Assembly (NCBI GenBank): GCA_045539475.1
Contig: JAZQFJ010000097.1
Span: 343-64,342, forward strand
DNA: 64,000 nt
Reading direction: 5' to 3'
Source of the DNA: Eubacteriales bacterium
GTDB taxonomy: Bacteria; Bacillota; Clostridia; Oscillospirales; JAAYXM01
The notes under the pieces: model-generated
What the model was told of the DNA's origin: nothing
Database searches by the model: none
The model's input: only the letters and a program-made list of their open reading frames with translations
Made by a program: the position numbers and the translations under genes
Part shown: piece by piece, positions 19,659 through 28,904 of the stretch
Position numbering within the stretch: the stretch's first letter is position 1
Layout: every line of letters starts with the position of its first letter

Positions 19659-20552
19659 ATGGGAGAAAAAAATAAGCGCAGGCGCCGCTTTGGGGATCGT
19701 TATGACGGTTACAGGGTAAAAAACTTAGACCCTGTTTTTACTGTTATTCCTCATATTATGCGCACGCGGCTTGACAGTCAGATTTTTTTTGAAGAGCAGA
19801 TAGATATTTCAGGGCTTCGCAAGTTCATCGTCGAGAACCGAAAGGATATACCGGGGCTTTCGATGTATCACTTTTTTGTTGCGGCGCTTGTCAGAACCGT
19901 TGCACAGCGTCCTCGCGTAAACCGCTTTGTCAGCGGAAGAAAAATTTTTGCGAGGAACTACATAAGAGTATCGCTTACCGTGAAAAAATCTATGCATGAA
20001 GACGGTGAGGAGGGAAACCTCACGCCGGATTTTGAACCTACCGACACATTGCAAGATGTAACGGAAAAGTTTAATGCCGCGCTTGCAGAGGTGCGGGCTG
20101 AGGAGGAAGCAACAGCGAGCGGGAATGATACGGATGCCATAGTAAAGCTGTTGAATTACCTTCCCGGGTTTCTTATAAAATTTGTGGTGTGGTCAATCCG
20201 TTCTCTCGATTCCGTCGGACTTATGCCGAAGATAATAAATAAGGTGAGCCCGTTCCATTCGTCCGTGTTCGTAACGAATGTCGGTTCAATCGGGCTTAAT
20301 CCGGTGTATCATCATCTGTATGAGTTTGGTACAACGTCTATGTTTATGGCAATCGGAAAAAAAGAAATTGTGAATACGTTAAACCGTGACGGAACGCTTG
20401 AGCATAAGCATGTTATAAATATGCGCTTTGTTCTTGATGAGAGAATTTGTGACGGATATTATTTCGCATCTGCCATAAAGCTGTTTAAGCATTACGTTAA
20501 AAATCCGGAGCTTCTTCTCACACCGCCTGATTACATAGGCGAGGATGCTTGA
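19659..20552 (+). CDS. Stand-alone 2-oxoacid dehydrogenase E2-like acyltransferase domain protein
   Basis: TNVGSIG and DERICDG motifs; no lipoyl domain. Confidence 0.75.
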   Translation: MGEKNKRRRRFGDRYDGYRVKNLDPVFTVIPHIMRTRLDSQIFFEEQIDISGLRKFIVENRKDIPGLSMYHFFVAALVRTVAQRPRVNRFVSGRKIFARNYIRVSLTVKKSMHEDGEEGNLTPDFEPTDTLQDVTEKFNAALAEVRAEEEATASGNDTDAIVKLLNYLPGFLIKFVVWSIRSLDSVGLMPKIINKVSPFHSSVFVTNVGSIGLNPVYHHLYEFGTTSMFMAIGKKEIVNTLNRDGTLEHKHVINMRFVLDERICDGYYFASAIKLFKHYVKNPELLLTPPDYIGEDA

Positions 20553-20599
20553 TTCTTTCAAAGAACAGCCTCAGAACTCATAAAAAAGAAAAACAAATG

Positions 20600-20651
20600 C
20601 CCGCACAATCGGAAAATCTCCGACCGTGCGGGTTGATTATTTTTTTGTTTT
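20600..20651. terminator. Probable bidirectional terminator
   Basis: cccgcac..tcgga/tccga..gtgcggg hairpin flanked by A- and T-rich tracts between convergent genes. Confidence 0.6.
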
Positions 20652-21826
20652 TATCTTTTTTCAGAGATGTCGTTTACGGGAGAGTCGAGGAATGTTATGG
20701 TGTAGGTGCGGTAATTGTTGGTGTTAAGATATCGCAAAATGCGAGTCAACGCACCGGTATGAATATCCGAGTCGGAAAGCGTAAGCACCGGAACAGAGGC
20801 AGAGGTTGCTTCGAGGCGTGAAATTGCGGAGCTGTACACGCGTGATGAGGTATTTCCCTGCGGGGATATATGTCCGTCCCAGATTCGGTAACCGAGCGAT
20901 ATGATGTGGTCAACCGTGTTTTCGGAAAGCGACTTACTGCCACCGGGAACACGCAGAAGGCGTGTTTTTATTTTTACAGCTTCAAAAAGATTTTCATTTG
21001 CAAGGTCAAGCGCCGTTGAGAGCGTATCGCCTCCGGTGGAAAAGTCAGAGTCGCCGTTCTGAGAAAGAGTTCCTATAGCGTGCCCTGCCGAGAAAGCACG
21101 GCGCAGCTCATTATCATATTCGTGAATTACATTGCCCTGCACAAAAAAGGTTGCACGATATCCGTAACGTGAAAGCGAGTCGAGTATGCTTTTGAAGTTT
21201 TTACCATCAGTTATATTAAAAGAAAGCCTTATGTTTTTGCGTGTCACTTCCTCCTCGGGATCATCATCCGGTTGCGGTTGTGGTTGGGGAGCAGCGCTGC
21301 CGGCATTTTGCTGTTCCTTGCTCGCTTTGTATGCGGCGAGAAGATCCGGGATCTCGTTCTGTGCGATATATATAAACATATTGTTCGGGATATCGCCTGA
21401 GCGCTTTATACGTATCATGGGAAGCTCGGAAAGATACGTATATTCAAAACCGAGCATCTGAGCCGTGAACTGGACAGGAACATAAACCGTTCCGGATGCG
21501 GCAAAGGAAACAGCTTTGTACGGGATTTTTTCTGCGGCGGTATACGCAACTGTTTTGTTGAGGTCAAATATAAGCGTTGTGTCCCATGTGTACAAAACGA
21601 GCATTCGTTCTGCCGCGTTATAAGAGCTGTTTACATTGAGGTTTCCTTTTGTGAAGCACTGATAATCTATGTACCACACGCCGCTGGAACGTATCGGCAT
21701 CGCATCGGTAAGCGGAAGCACCGTGTTTCCTGCGGCAACAAAAACCTCACCGTCAGCACCTGCCGGCAACGCAAACAGCAAAGTGAAAATACACACTATA
21801 AGGATTAAAGTCACTGTTTTTTTCAA
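20651..21826 (-). CDS. Secreted protein with NodB polysaccharide-deacetylase-like domain (catalytically degenerate)
   Basis: Signal peptide, N-terminal copper-amine-oxidase-N-like region, PQPQPQP linker, ATFFV and RVPGGS motifs. Confidence 0.75.
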   Translation of the reverse strand: MKKTVTLILIVCIFTLLFALPAGADGEVFVAAGNTVLPLTDAMPIRSSGVWYIDYQCFTKGNLNVNSSYNAAERMLVLYTWDTTLIFDLNKTVAYTAAEKIPYKAVSFAASGTVYVPVQFTAQMLGFEYTYLSELPMIRIKRSGDIPNNMFIYIAQNEIPDLLAAYKASKEQQNAGSAAPQPQPQPDDDPEEEVTRKNIRLSFNITDGKNFKSILDSLSRYGYRATFFVQGNVIHEYDNELRRAFSAGHAIGTLSQNGDSDFSTGGDTLSTALDLANENLFEAVKIKTRLLRVPGGSKSLSENTVDHIISLGYRIWDGHISPQGNTSSRVYSSAISRLEATSASVPVLTLSDSDIHTGALTRILRYLNTNNYRTYTITFLDSPVNDISEKR

Positions 21827-21958
21827 AGCAAGTCACCCCTTTACACCTTATATTATACAGTTTCAGCACGTATTTTGCAATATACAAATTTTTTGAAGCT
21901 AAGAAAGGTAATACTTTGCGGGGAAATTTCATATTCTCACATAGAACGGAGTGAGGAT

Positions 21959-23308
21959 ATGAAAACAGGTTCGCAAATTATACAGGCGATAAACAGTGCT
22001 CTGTGGGGAGTGCCGATGCTCGTGTTGCTTATGGGATGCGGGGTGTATCTTACGTTTGCTTTGCACGCTTTTCAGCTTACGCGTGCACGTATGTGGATGC
22101 GAGAAACCTTCGGCTCGTTGTTTAGGAAAAAGAACGGGCAGGGGAACGGGATTTCGCCGTATCGCGCTGTCAGCTCTGCGCTTGCATCCTCGATAGGTAC
22201 AGGGAATATAGTGGGTGTTGCAACGGCAATTGCTGCGGGCGGTGCGGGTGCCGTTTTCTGGATGTGGGTGTCGGCAACCTTTGGAATGGCAATAAAATAT
22301 GCAGAAATACTCCTTGCCGTAAAATTCCGGCGCAAGGATAAATGCGGATATCACGGCGGACCTATGTACTACATTGAAGAAGGTCTCGGAAAGGGATACA
22401 AATGGCTTGCCGTGATGTTTGCTTTTTCGGGAATGCTTGCCTGCCTCGGTATGGGGGCTATGAATCAGTCAAGTTCAATTGCAGCCGTGATACAACCGTA
22501 TACTCATATATCAAAGCCTGTGTGCGGTGCAATTCTCGCAATAATTGCAATTCTTGCAGTAAGCGGGGGAATTGCACGCATATCAAGCGTGACATCGGCG
22601 CTTGTTCCGATAATGGCAGGAATGTACATACTTGCTGGAATAGTCATTATATGTATTTCACCGAGGGATATATACGGAGCTTTTTGCGAGATAATATCTT
22701 CGGCTATTGCACCGTGTGCAATATACGGCGGAGCAGCGGGAACGGCGGTACGAAGCGCCGTGCGCTATGGCGTTGCAAGAGGTGTTTTTTCAAATGAGGC
22801 GGGACTTGGCACTTCTCCGATAGTACACGCTGCGGCAGATGCAAAAGGTCCGGTGCAGCAGGGCTTGTGGGGCGTATTTGAGGTGTTCGTCGATACAATT
22901 GTTGTATGCACGGTGACGGCGGTTGTTATCATCGGCTCCGGGACGCATCTCGGAGAAGCTTCCGGTGCGGGGATGGTGACGCTTGCGTTTGAAAAATATT
23001 TCGGGCACTTCGGCGGTGTATTTGTGGCAACTGCAACGGTAATGTTTGCCGTTTCAACCATTCTCGGCTGGTCGTATTACGGCGAGAGTTGTATCGGCTA
23101 TCTCTGCGGAAACAGACAGAGCATCGCAAAAGCGTACAGAGCTCTGTTTGCGGCGGCAGTTTTTCTGGGCGCGGTTATGCACGGTGATACAGTGTGGGAA
23201 CTTGCAGATATGTTCAATGGAATGATGATGGTGCCGAACCTGATCGCCGTAATATCCCTTTCGGGAATTGTCGTAAAAGAAACGAAAAACGCTATCAAAA
23301 TGAAATAA
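21959..23308 (+). CDS. Sodium:alanine/glycine symporter (AgcS family)
   Basis: IGTGNIVGVA, GGPMYYI, RGVFSNEAGLG, FVDTIVVC, GWSYYGE. Confidence 0.93.
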   Translation: MKTGSQIIQAINSALWGVPMLVLLMGCGVYLTFALHAFQLTRARMWMRETFGSLFRKKNGQGNGISPYRAVSSALASSIGTGNIVGVATAIAAGGAGAVFWMWVSATFGMAIKYAEILLAVKFRRKDKCGYHGGPMYYIEEGLGKGYKWLAVMFAFSGMLACLGMGAMNQSSSIAAVIQPYTHISKPVCGAILAIIAILAVSGGIARISSVTSALVPIMAGMYILAGIVIICISPRDIYGAFCEIISSAIAPCAIYGGAAGTAVRSAVRYGVARGVFSNEAGLGTSPIVHAAADAKGPVQQGLWGVFEVFVDTIVVCTVTAVVIIGSGTHLGEASGAGMVTLAFEKYFGHFGGVFVATATVMFAVSTILGWSYYGESCIGYLCGNRQSIAKAYRALFAAAVFLGAVMHGDTVWELADMFNGMMMVPNLIAVISLSGIVVKETKNAIKMK

Positions 23309-23321
23309 ACATTCTGATAGC
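23291..23321 (-). terminator. Terminator hairpin abutting the last CRISPR repeat
   Basis: gctatcaaaatg/cattctgatagc inverted repeat; minus strand followed by gttttt; overlaps symporter stop codon. Confidence 0.65.
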
Positions 23322-23687
23322 GTTTGACTGTTATATGAAATTACACTACTCTCAAACAAAGATAGACGAAAACGAGCCGTTTTGTTGGTTTGACTGCTAT
23401 ATGAAATTACACTACTCTCAAACCCGTCTCGCTTGCGTTGTCGTCGTCGCATAGTTTGACTGCTATATGGAATTACACTACTCTCAAACCACCTACAAGC
23501 AGAGCGGAACAAGCGACCTGTTTGACTGCTATATGAAATTACACTACTCTCAAACCAGACGGAGTATGACAGGTTTTGGGATGATGTTTGACTGCTATAT
23601 GAAATTACACTACTCTCAAACGCTATTCACCTTAAAAATGCGCTTAACACTGTTTGACTGCTATATGAAATTACACTACTCTCAAAC
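23322..23687 (-). CRISPR. Type II-A CRISPR array: 6 repeats (36 bp, GTTTGAGAGTAGTGTAATTTCATATAGCAGTCAAAC on minus strand), 5 spacers of 30 bp
   Basis: Repeats at 23322, 23388, 23454, 23520, 23586, 23652 (66-bp period); single variants in the 23322 and 23454 copies; orientation from leader end ATTTGAG and tracrRNA complementarity. Confidence 0.98.
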
Positions 23688-23754
23688 CTCAAATTCATGA
23701 TGGCGGAGTAATCTTGCCCTACAAAACAAGAGTAATTTCATATAGCAAGCAGTG
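23688..23754 (-). promoter_or_regulatory. CRISPR leader with ATTTGAG leader-anchoring end and internal anti-repeat
   Basis: Minus strand reads ...catgaATTTGAG|GTTTGAG; ATTTGAG is the known II-A group 1 leader end. Confidence 0.8.
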
Positions 23755-24423
23755 TTATATGACGCACAAATCATTATCTATAATAAGCTTGTGCTCATTT
23801 TTGGAATTATATTTCTAATACCCCTCAAAAAGAAGCAGATAGAGCTTTTCGTATCTGAAAAACTTATAAACGTCTTCTATGTCTTTTTCCGAAAGAAATT
23901 GCTTAAGATTAACAAAAGCAAAAACAGTTTTTCCGAAAAATTCGTTTTCTACCTTCGCATAATTGCAGATTTTTTCCGGCAAAGACGAATGGATATCCGA
24001 CACAGTTACAGGTGCAGCTTTGAGAAGCATCGCTATATCTATTGAATTTTCAAGGTGCACGGAAATATCAAAATCAGAAATAAGCTCAAGCATATACTGC
24101 TCAATCGAGGACATAAGCTCCGATGTTTTTGCGAAAAGTTCGCCATCAAATGCTTTTTCCGAAAGACGTGAGAGAAGCTTTGTTGCAAGTTTTCGCTCGT
24201 TTACCGAGAAACCGAACATATCTCCGACGAAGGTGATGTTCTTCTCTACAGGACGCTCGTTGTGTGAATCGGAAAGAATGAATTCTCCTTCATTGCCGTC
24301 GCATTGAAGAGATAACTCATTCATAAGTGAATAAAAAAGAGAACTGTTCTCTATTATTATAACATTTGCTTTCTCATCTTGCAAGGGGAAATGTTCACCA
24401 AAGACGGAATGGAAGAGCTTCAC
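23755..24423 (-). pseudogene. csn2: csn2 with premature in-frame TAG (23815-23817)
   Basis: 202-aa ORF with FVNLKQFLS motif; after the TAG the frame continues KYNSKNEHKLIIDNDLCVI* (typical Csn2 C-terminus) to TAA at 23755. Confidence 0.88.
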
Positions 24424-24683
24424 AAAACCACCAACCTTTCATCGGTATCAATAACAATGCTTTGCTTTTCTCCGAGAACATACGCCATCTTCGAATATTG
24501 CTTTTCCGTTATGGCAAGCATTTGTATAATTCCTTTTTCAGGTGAAGCTTCACGAACTTTTTTCATTATTGATTCCAATACAGTTATGTTAAGGGCAAGC
24601 TTGCTGTAAACAGAGTTTTGGACCATAATAAATCCGCTTTTAATTAGGAATTTGCGAAATCTTGAATATGCTCTGCGCTTGTC
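24420..24683 (-). pseudogene. cas2: cas2 lacking its N-terminus
   Basis: Frame reads DKRRAYSRFRKFLIKSGFIMVQNSVYSK...ITEKQY...DERLVVL; the N-terminal strand with the catalytic Asp and the start codon are absent. Confidence 0.9.
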
Positions 24684-24711
24684 GCGAGATTACAACCGTT
24701 CGCCAGCTCAT
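24682..24711 (-). pseudogene. cas1: cas1 remnant (first ~10 codons only)
   Basis: ATG overlapping cas9 stop (ATGA) encodes MSWRTVVISR, the typical type II Cas1 N-terminus, then runs out of frame into cas2 sequence and stops at 24640. Confidence 0.85.
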
Positions 24712-27700
24712 AATGTTTTGAGGTCAATGGGATTTTGTTTGAACAGACCAGTTGCAGATTGATTGATAATAGCGACGTTTTTTAGTGAAGTTATGTTTTT
24801 GGGTATAATTATTCTTCCTGCTGTTTTATTGCTGTTTACAGAGCTTAAATCTACAAACCGAGCATCGCAACTTAAGACAATAAGAATAAGTTTTAAAACA
24901 TCACATTGCTCGGATAACGACATTGTTTCAAATTTTGATTCGTTGATTTTCTTGCCTGCTTCTCCAAATTGGGGAGCGTAAGCAGTCTTCATTTTATCAA
25001 CAAGTGCATCAAAAAGGTGTAAGTTATTTTCTTTGTTGATTTCGGAATTATATTCTTCTGCAGATATAGTGGATTTTGTTGTTGCCACATAGTTGATATA
25101 TTTTAAGACAACTTTTACATAGGCGTAATTCTCTTTATCAAGAATAAGTTGCATTGCATTTTTAAAAACTAAAGAATCACCTGTTCTTCCGCTTATATGC
25201 ATATAGAATCCATCAATGCAGAAAAGAGTGTTCAGCTTGATTTTGGGAATGAGAACGCGGTGGTCGATGAGGTTTTGGTTATCTTTCAGGAATGTGTCAA
25301 GAACAGTTTTGTCCTTTGCTATCTGCTCGGAAAGATAAACGGGAACGTATTCAATTGTGCGAACACATTTCCCCTTTTTTGTGTGTTCAACAAGACAGAA
25401 ATACGCAGACGAAACTTTGTTATAGCCGCCATATTTTTCGGTGTCTGCAAGCCTCGGGTCCGATTTGAGCGGCATAAGACCCTTCGCTTTTTTTACGGGC
25501 TGGATATTGAAAAGTGCGCCTGTTTCTTCATATGCATATCTTGTAAACAGAATGTTATTCTTTTCGTATGTTTTCTTAACCTTTTCAATCGTCCCGTGTT
25601 CGCCCGCGCTCCAGGCGGTAACGCCGTTTCTTGCGACATCATAATCGAAAATCTTATGCATACTGTACGGCTGACGGTCGCGGCTGCGTATGAAGTTTAT
25701 CGGATTTTTGGTGAATTTTGTATCAAACACGTTGCCGACAACGATGTTTACATATGCATCCTTTGCGTGGTGCAAATCGTTTATCTCGCGGCATTTAAGA
25801 AGGTCGTTTTCGTTCTTGAAATCTGAAACTACGCCCGCTTTGACATAAACAACGTCTGTATCGGGATAAAGTCTTTTCAGCGTTGCGGCAACAGCTTTGG
25901 TTGATTGCTGAGTCTCAACAAGCTGGCGTGCGATAAAGCCTGCAAGTTCTTCATCGGAGAAAGGGGTTACGCGCGTAAGACGGTCGAATTTTTTCTTTGA
26001 GATAAGGCCTTTTGCCAAAAGCAGGCGCCAGTGCGAGATGTTTTTTTCTCGCGTAATTGCATCCAGAGGATATGAGTCTGATTTTTGTATATTTTCCTTA
26101 CGGTTGACAAGAACGAGGTTATCAAGGCTGTCATCTTTTGTTTTTGAGCGGGGATATATGTGGTCTATGTCATAAATATTATTATTCATAAGATCCGAAA
26201 GCTGAATTGCTTTTCCGGTATACATACATTTACCCATTTGGGTATAGTAAAGATACAGCTTTTTTCCGCGGAGGGATGCCTCGTCTTGATTTGATAAGCT
26301 TTCAAAAAGCTCCGGAGCTTCTTTTTTGCAATTTTTATAAAGCTCCAAAAGCTGATTTTTGCGAGAAACGGTACGTTTTTTCTCTCCGCCGCCACGCGCT
26401 GTCTCGATGAATATTTTCTTGGCTGGATGCCCTGTTATTTTTTCTATTTCTTTTATAATGGTAAGTGTTTGCCAGATACCGCGTTTTATGTTCGGAGAAA
26501 CATAGAGATCCTTTACCAAAGAATCGTAAGAAAATGTCGGGATTCCGGAAAATTCTGCGTTCCTTGCTTCAATGTTTTTTGTGAAGAAGTGTGAACCCGA
26601 GAGAAGCTGCATAAGGTTTTCCTGAGTATTCCAAAGTGCATCTGTTATACTTAACCAAGTGCATTCTCCGGTTGAAGGATTAACCTCCGGAATTTCCTTC
26701 AGAAATGCATATGAGAAATTTCCCCAACCTGAGAATTTCATTCTTGAAATTTTGTTTATCTGATCGGTTGAGAAATATCCGTCGCCGATTTTAGAAAGGC
26801 GGGATTTCAGAATTTCGGTATCATCGTGGAAAAGAACAACTGCATTGATTGCTTCTTCGGCACAGGTAAGGTTAAAACCTTTTCCAAGGAGACTGGAAAA
26901 CTCAATATAAGAAGCCATACTTGATTTGAAGTCACCGTCAATTCCGCTTATTTCGTCTTTAGATTTATCGAAACCTGCATTGATTGTGAGAAAATGTTTG
27001 AGGTCATTCATTTTAACCTTTTTGCGAGTAAGGAAAAGCTCGTTGTATATTTTCTGCTTAAGAGGAACAGGCAAAGCTTCGCCGTTGATTTTTACATTGT
27101 TAAGATCGTTGAGAACCATATATTTACTGTAAAGAATTGAGTGCTTCGGTAAGACATCCTCGCCGATGAGATACGTGCATTTATTCGTCATACGTCGGAT
27201 AAAGTTTTCGGCACTTTGCTCGGTGTCGACAACGCTTTCAAAGTTCCAGGGAGTGATTTTTTCGCTTGAACGTTTAACGATCCAGCAATTACCGCTATCC
27301 TTGTGTGCATCGTTAAGCGGACCTATGTAATAAGGGATTTTGAAGGAAAGAAGCTTTATGATTTTTTCAGAAACCGTAAGTCCTTGCTCATCTTTTTCGG
27401 AAAGGAACGGGAAGCTTTTTTCTGCATTTTGGAGGATTGCACGAAGCTCCGCAAGGTTAAGCTGATAGGGAACAACACTGTTTTCGTTCGAACGTTGCTT
27501 TGGAAGCAACGTTCCGTTTTCGATGCCGTCAAGAATGTAGCAAAGCTCCTTATCATCGGGATTTGAAATGTTTTTGAACTGTTTTTTGAGAAAATCACAG
27601 AAGGCAGCCTGGGTGCAAGTTTTGAGAACTCTTTTATGTTTTATGCCATTCTGCAATGCGCTTTTCGTATAAGCAACATAGTTATCCGCTGTTTCAATAG

Positions 27701-28739
27701 AACGGAAAATGGAATAGTATGTAGATTTTATGTATTTTTTAACAACTCTCTTAAGTGTAGCCAGATCTTTTTTGTGTTGCTCAAAAGAATTCACCTTTGC
27801 TTCGGATATGTATGTGTTTCCTTTGAGCATATCGGCAAGAATGGACCAATCATAAATAGCTTTCGCGGATTCGATGACGACCATTTTGTCTTGAAGAACA
27901 TTTGAAAGCGAATCACAGATTGCGTCAAAATCTCCTGCAAGCGAAAAGCTTTTTATTTCCGCCGCTTTGAGGTCTTCTTCCAGCTTTTCTTCGTCAAAAA
28001 GAACGTGAAGTTTAGCGGCTCCGCCTGAAAGAAGGGCGCACAGCTCTGTCATCTGCTTGTTCTTACCGATGTCAAGAATGGCAGAAAGTTCTTTTTTCTT
28101 GGATGTGATTGATGCTTTTTTCTTAAGACACTCGGAAACTGCATCCGCATCGGCATCCGAGAAAGAAAAACCGAGTTCATCTTCAAGTGAATTGTTGAAT
28201 GCAGTGAAAACTGTACCAAAGTCAGATGCGGCACTCATATCCTCTCCGGGGAAGAGAAAATGACCACGGTTTTTGATGATATGCGCTACTGCAAGATACA
28301 GAAGACGAACGTCTTTTATATCAGAACCCTCAATGAAATTTTTCCTGAGATGAAAGATTGTCGGATATTGCTTGTGGTAATCGCGGTCTGAAAAATCTGC
28401 ATCGTTGAACAGGGCGTTTAACTGATGCGCTGTCTTATCTTCGGCGACGAATTTACTTTCTTTCAATCTGAGGAAGAAACCGGGATCATTCCCGGAAACT
28501 TCCTCGGCGAAAAGTTCCTGCAAAAGCATAAGCCGCTGATGTGTCCGTGCAGTGCGGCGTCGCGCGGTTCGGAATGCACGCCGCTCAACTGCTGTTGATC
28601 CTTCGTCAAAAAGCCGGATGCCCCACATTGCTTTTCCGTTGAACTTCAGAATATCATATTCAGGGCTCGTTACTGCCCAACCGACGGAATCCGTTCCGAT
28701 ATCCAATCCTAAATAATAATCGCCATATTGCTTTTTCAT
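24708..28739 (-). CDS. cas9: Type II-A CRISPR effector Cas9 (~1343 aa)
   Basis: RuvC-I LGLDIGTDSVGWA, Arg-rich bridge helix, PYYIGPL, RuvC-II IETAR, HNH DIDHIYP...DNLVLV...N, RuvC-III HHAKDAY; second ATG (28739) fits AAGGGG RBS spacing. Confidence 0.98.
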   Translation of the reverse strand: MKKQYGDYYLGLDIGTDSVGWAVTSPEYDILKFNGKAMWGIRLFDEGSTAVERRAFRTARRRTARTHQRLMLLQELFAEEVSGNDPGFFLRLKESKFVAEDKTAHQLNALFNDADFSDRDYHKQYPTIFHLRKNFIEGSDIKDVRLLYLAVAHIIKNRGHFLFPGEDMSAASDFGTVFTAFNNSLEDELGFSFSDADADAVSECLKKKASITSKKKELSAILDIGKNKQMTELCALLSGGAAKLHVLFDEEKLEEDLKAAEIKSFSLAGDFDAICDSLSNVLQDKMVVIESAKAIYDWSILADMLKGNTYISEAKVNSFEQHKKDLATLKRVVKKYIKSTYYSIFRSIETADNYVAYTKSALQNGIKHKRVLKTCTQAAFCDFLKKQFKNISNPDDKELCYILDGIENGTLLPKQRSNENSVVPYQLNLAELRAILQNAEKSFPFLSEKDEQGLTVSEKIIKLLSFKIPYYIGPLNDAHKDSGNCWIVKRSSEKITPWNFESVVDTEQSAENFIRRMTNKCTYLIGEDVLPKHSILYSKYMVLNDLNNVKINGEALPVPLKQKIYNELFLTRKKVKMNDLKHFLTINAGFDKSKDEISGIDGDFKSSMASYIEFSSLLGKGFNLTCAEEAINAVVLFHDDTEILKSRLSKIGDGYFSTDQINKISRMKFSGWGNFSYAFLKEIPEVNPSTGECTWLSITDALWNTQENLMQLLSGSHFFTKNIEARNAEFSGIPTFSYDSLVKDLYVSPNIKRGIWQTLTIIKEIEKITGHPAKKIFIETARGGGEKKRTVSRKNQLLELYKNCKKEAPELFESLSNQDEASLRGKKLYLYYTQMGKCMYTGKAIQLSDLMNNNIYDIDHIYPRSKTKDDSLDNLVLVNRKENIQKSDSYPLDAITREKNISHWRLLLAKGLISKKKFDRLTRVTPFSDEELAGFIARQLVETQQSTKAVAATLKRLYPDTDVVYVKAGVVSDFKNENDLLKCREINDLHHAKDAYVNIVVGNVFDTKFTKNPINFIRSRDRQPYSMHKIFDYDVARNGVTAWSAGEHGTIEKVKKTYEKNNILFTRYAYEETGALFNIQPVKKAKGLMPLKSDPRLADTEKYGGYNKVSSAYFCLVEHTKKGKCVRTIEYVPVYLSEQIAKDKTVLDTFLKDNQNLIDHRVLIPKIKLNTLFCIDGFYMHISGRTGDSLVFKNAMQLILDKENYAYVKVVLKYINYVATTKSTISAEEYNSEINKENNLHLFDALVDKMKTAYAPQFGEAGKKINESKFETMSLSEQCDVLKLILIVLSCDARFVDLSSVNSNKTAGRIIIPKNITSLKNVAIINQSATGLFKQNPIDLKTL

Positions 28740-28741
28740 AC

Positions 28742-28770
28742 TTGACATCCCCTTTTTAATGTGATATATT
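28742..28770 (+). promoter_or_regulatory. tracrRNA promoter overlapping the cas9 RBS/start region
   Basis: TTGACA-17 nt-TATATT just upstream of the anti-repeat. Confidence 0.7.
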
Positions 28771-28776
28771 ATAGTT

Positions 28777-28890
28777 AATCTCTGATTGCTATATGAGATT
28801 ACACTACGAGTTCAAATAAAATTTTTTCAAAACGTCGCTTTGCGACTTTCACTGATGTGAAGACAGACCTGCCACTACGGTGGGTTTTTT
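28777..28890 (+). ncRNA. tracrRNA
   Basis: Anti-repeat tgattgctatatgagattacactac-gag-ttcaaat (28783-28817) pairs with the repeat as upper stem, bulge and lower stem; then hairpins gtcgc/gcgac, ttcac/gtgaa and a terminal hairpin with T-tract; ends approximate. Confidence 0.9.
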
Positions 28891-28904
28891 GTTTTACTAT
28901 AAAC

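Noticed and set aside
23358-23651. Self-targeting spacers within the window
   Set aside because: No match noticed by eye; not exhaustive, a computational search is needed
23054-23700. ORFs over the CRISPR array (23054-23512, 23194-23454, 23467-23700)
   Set aside because: Artefacts of the 66-bp in-frame repeat period
23815-23817. TAG recoding (Gln or pyrrolysine) as explanation of the csn2 internal stop
   Set aside because: recJ, hemZ and pduL end at TAG at their expected C-termini and no other gene shows internal TAGs; a nonsense mutation is simpler
28640-28780. Long-form tracrRNA (tracr-L) acting as a natural single guide
   Set aside because: No repeat-mimic GTTTGAG segment is visible upstream of the anti-repeat on the + strand
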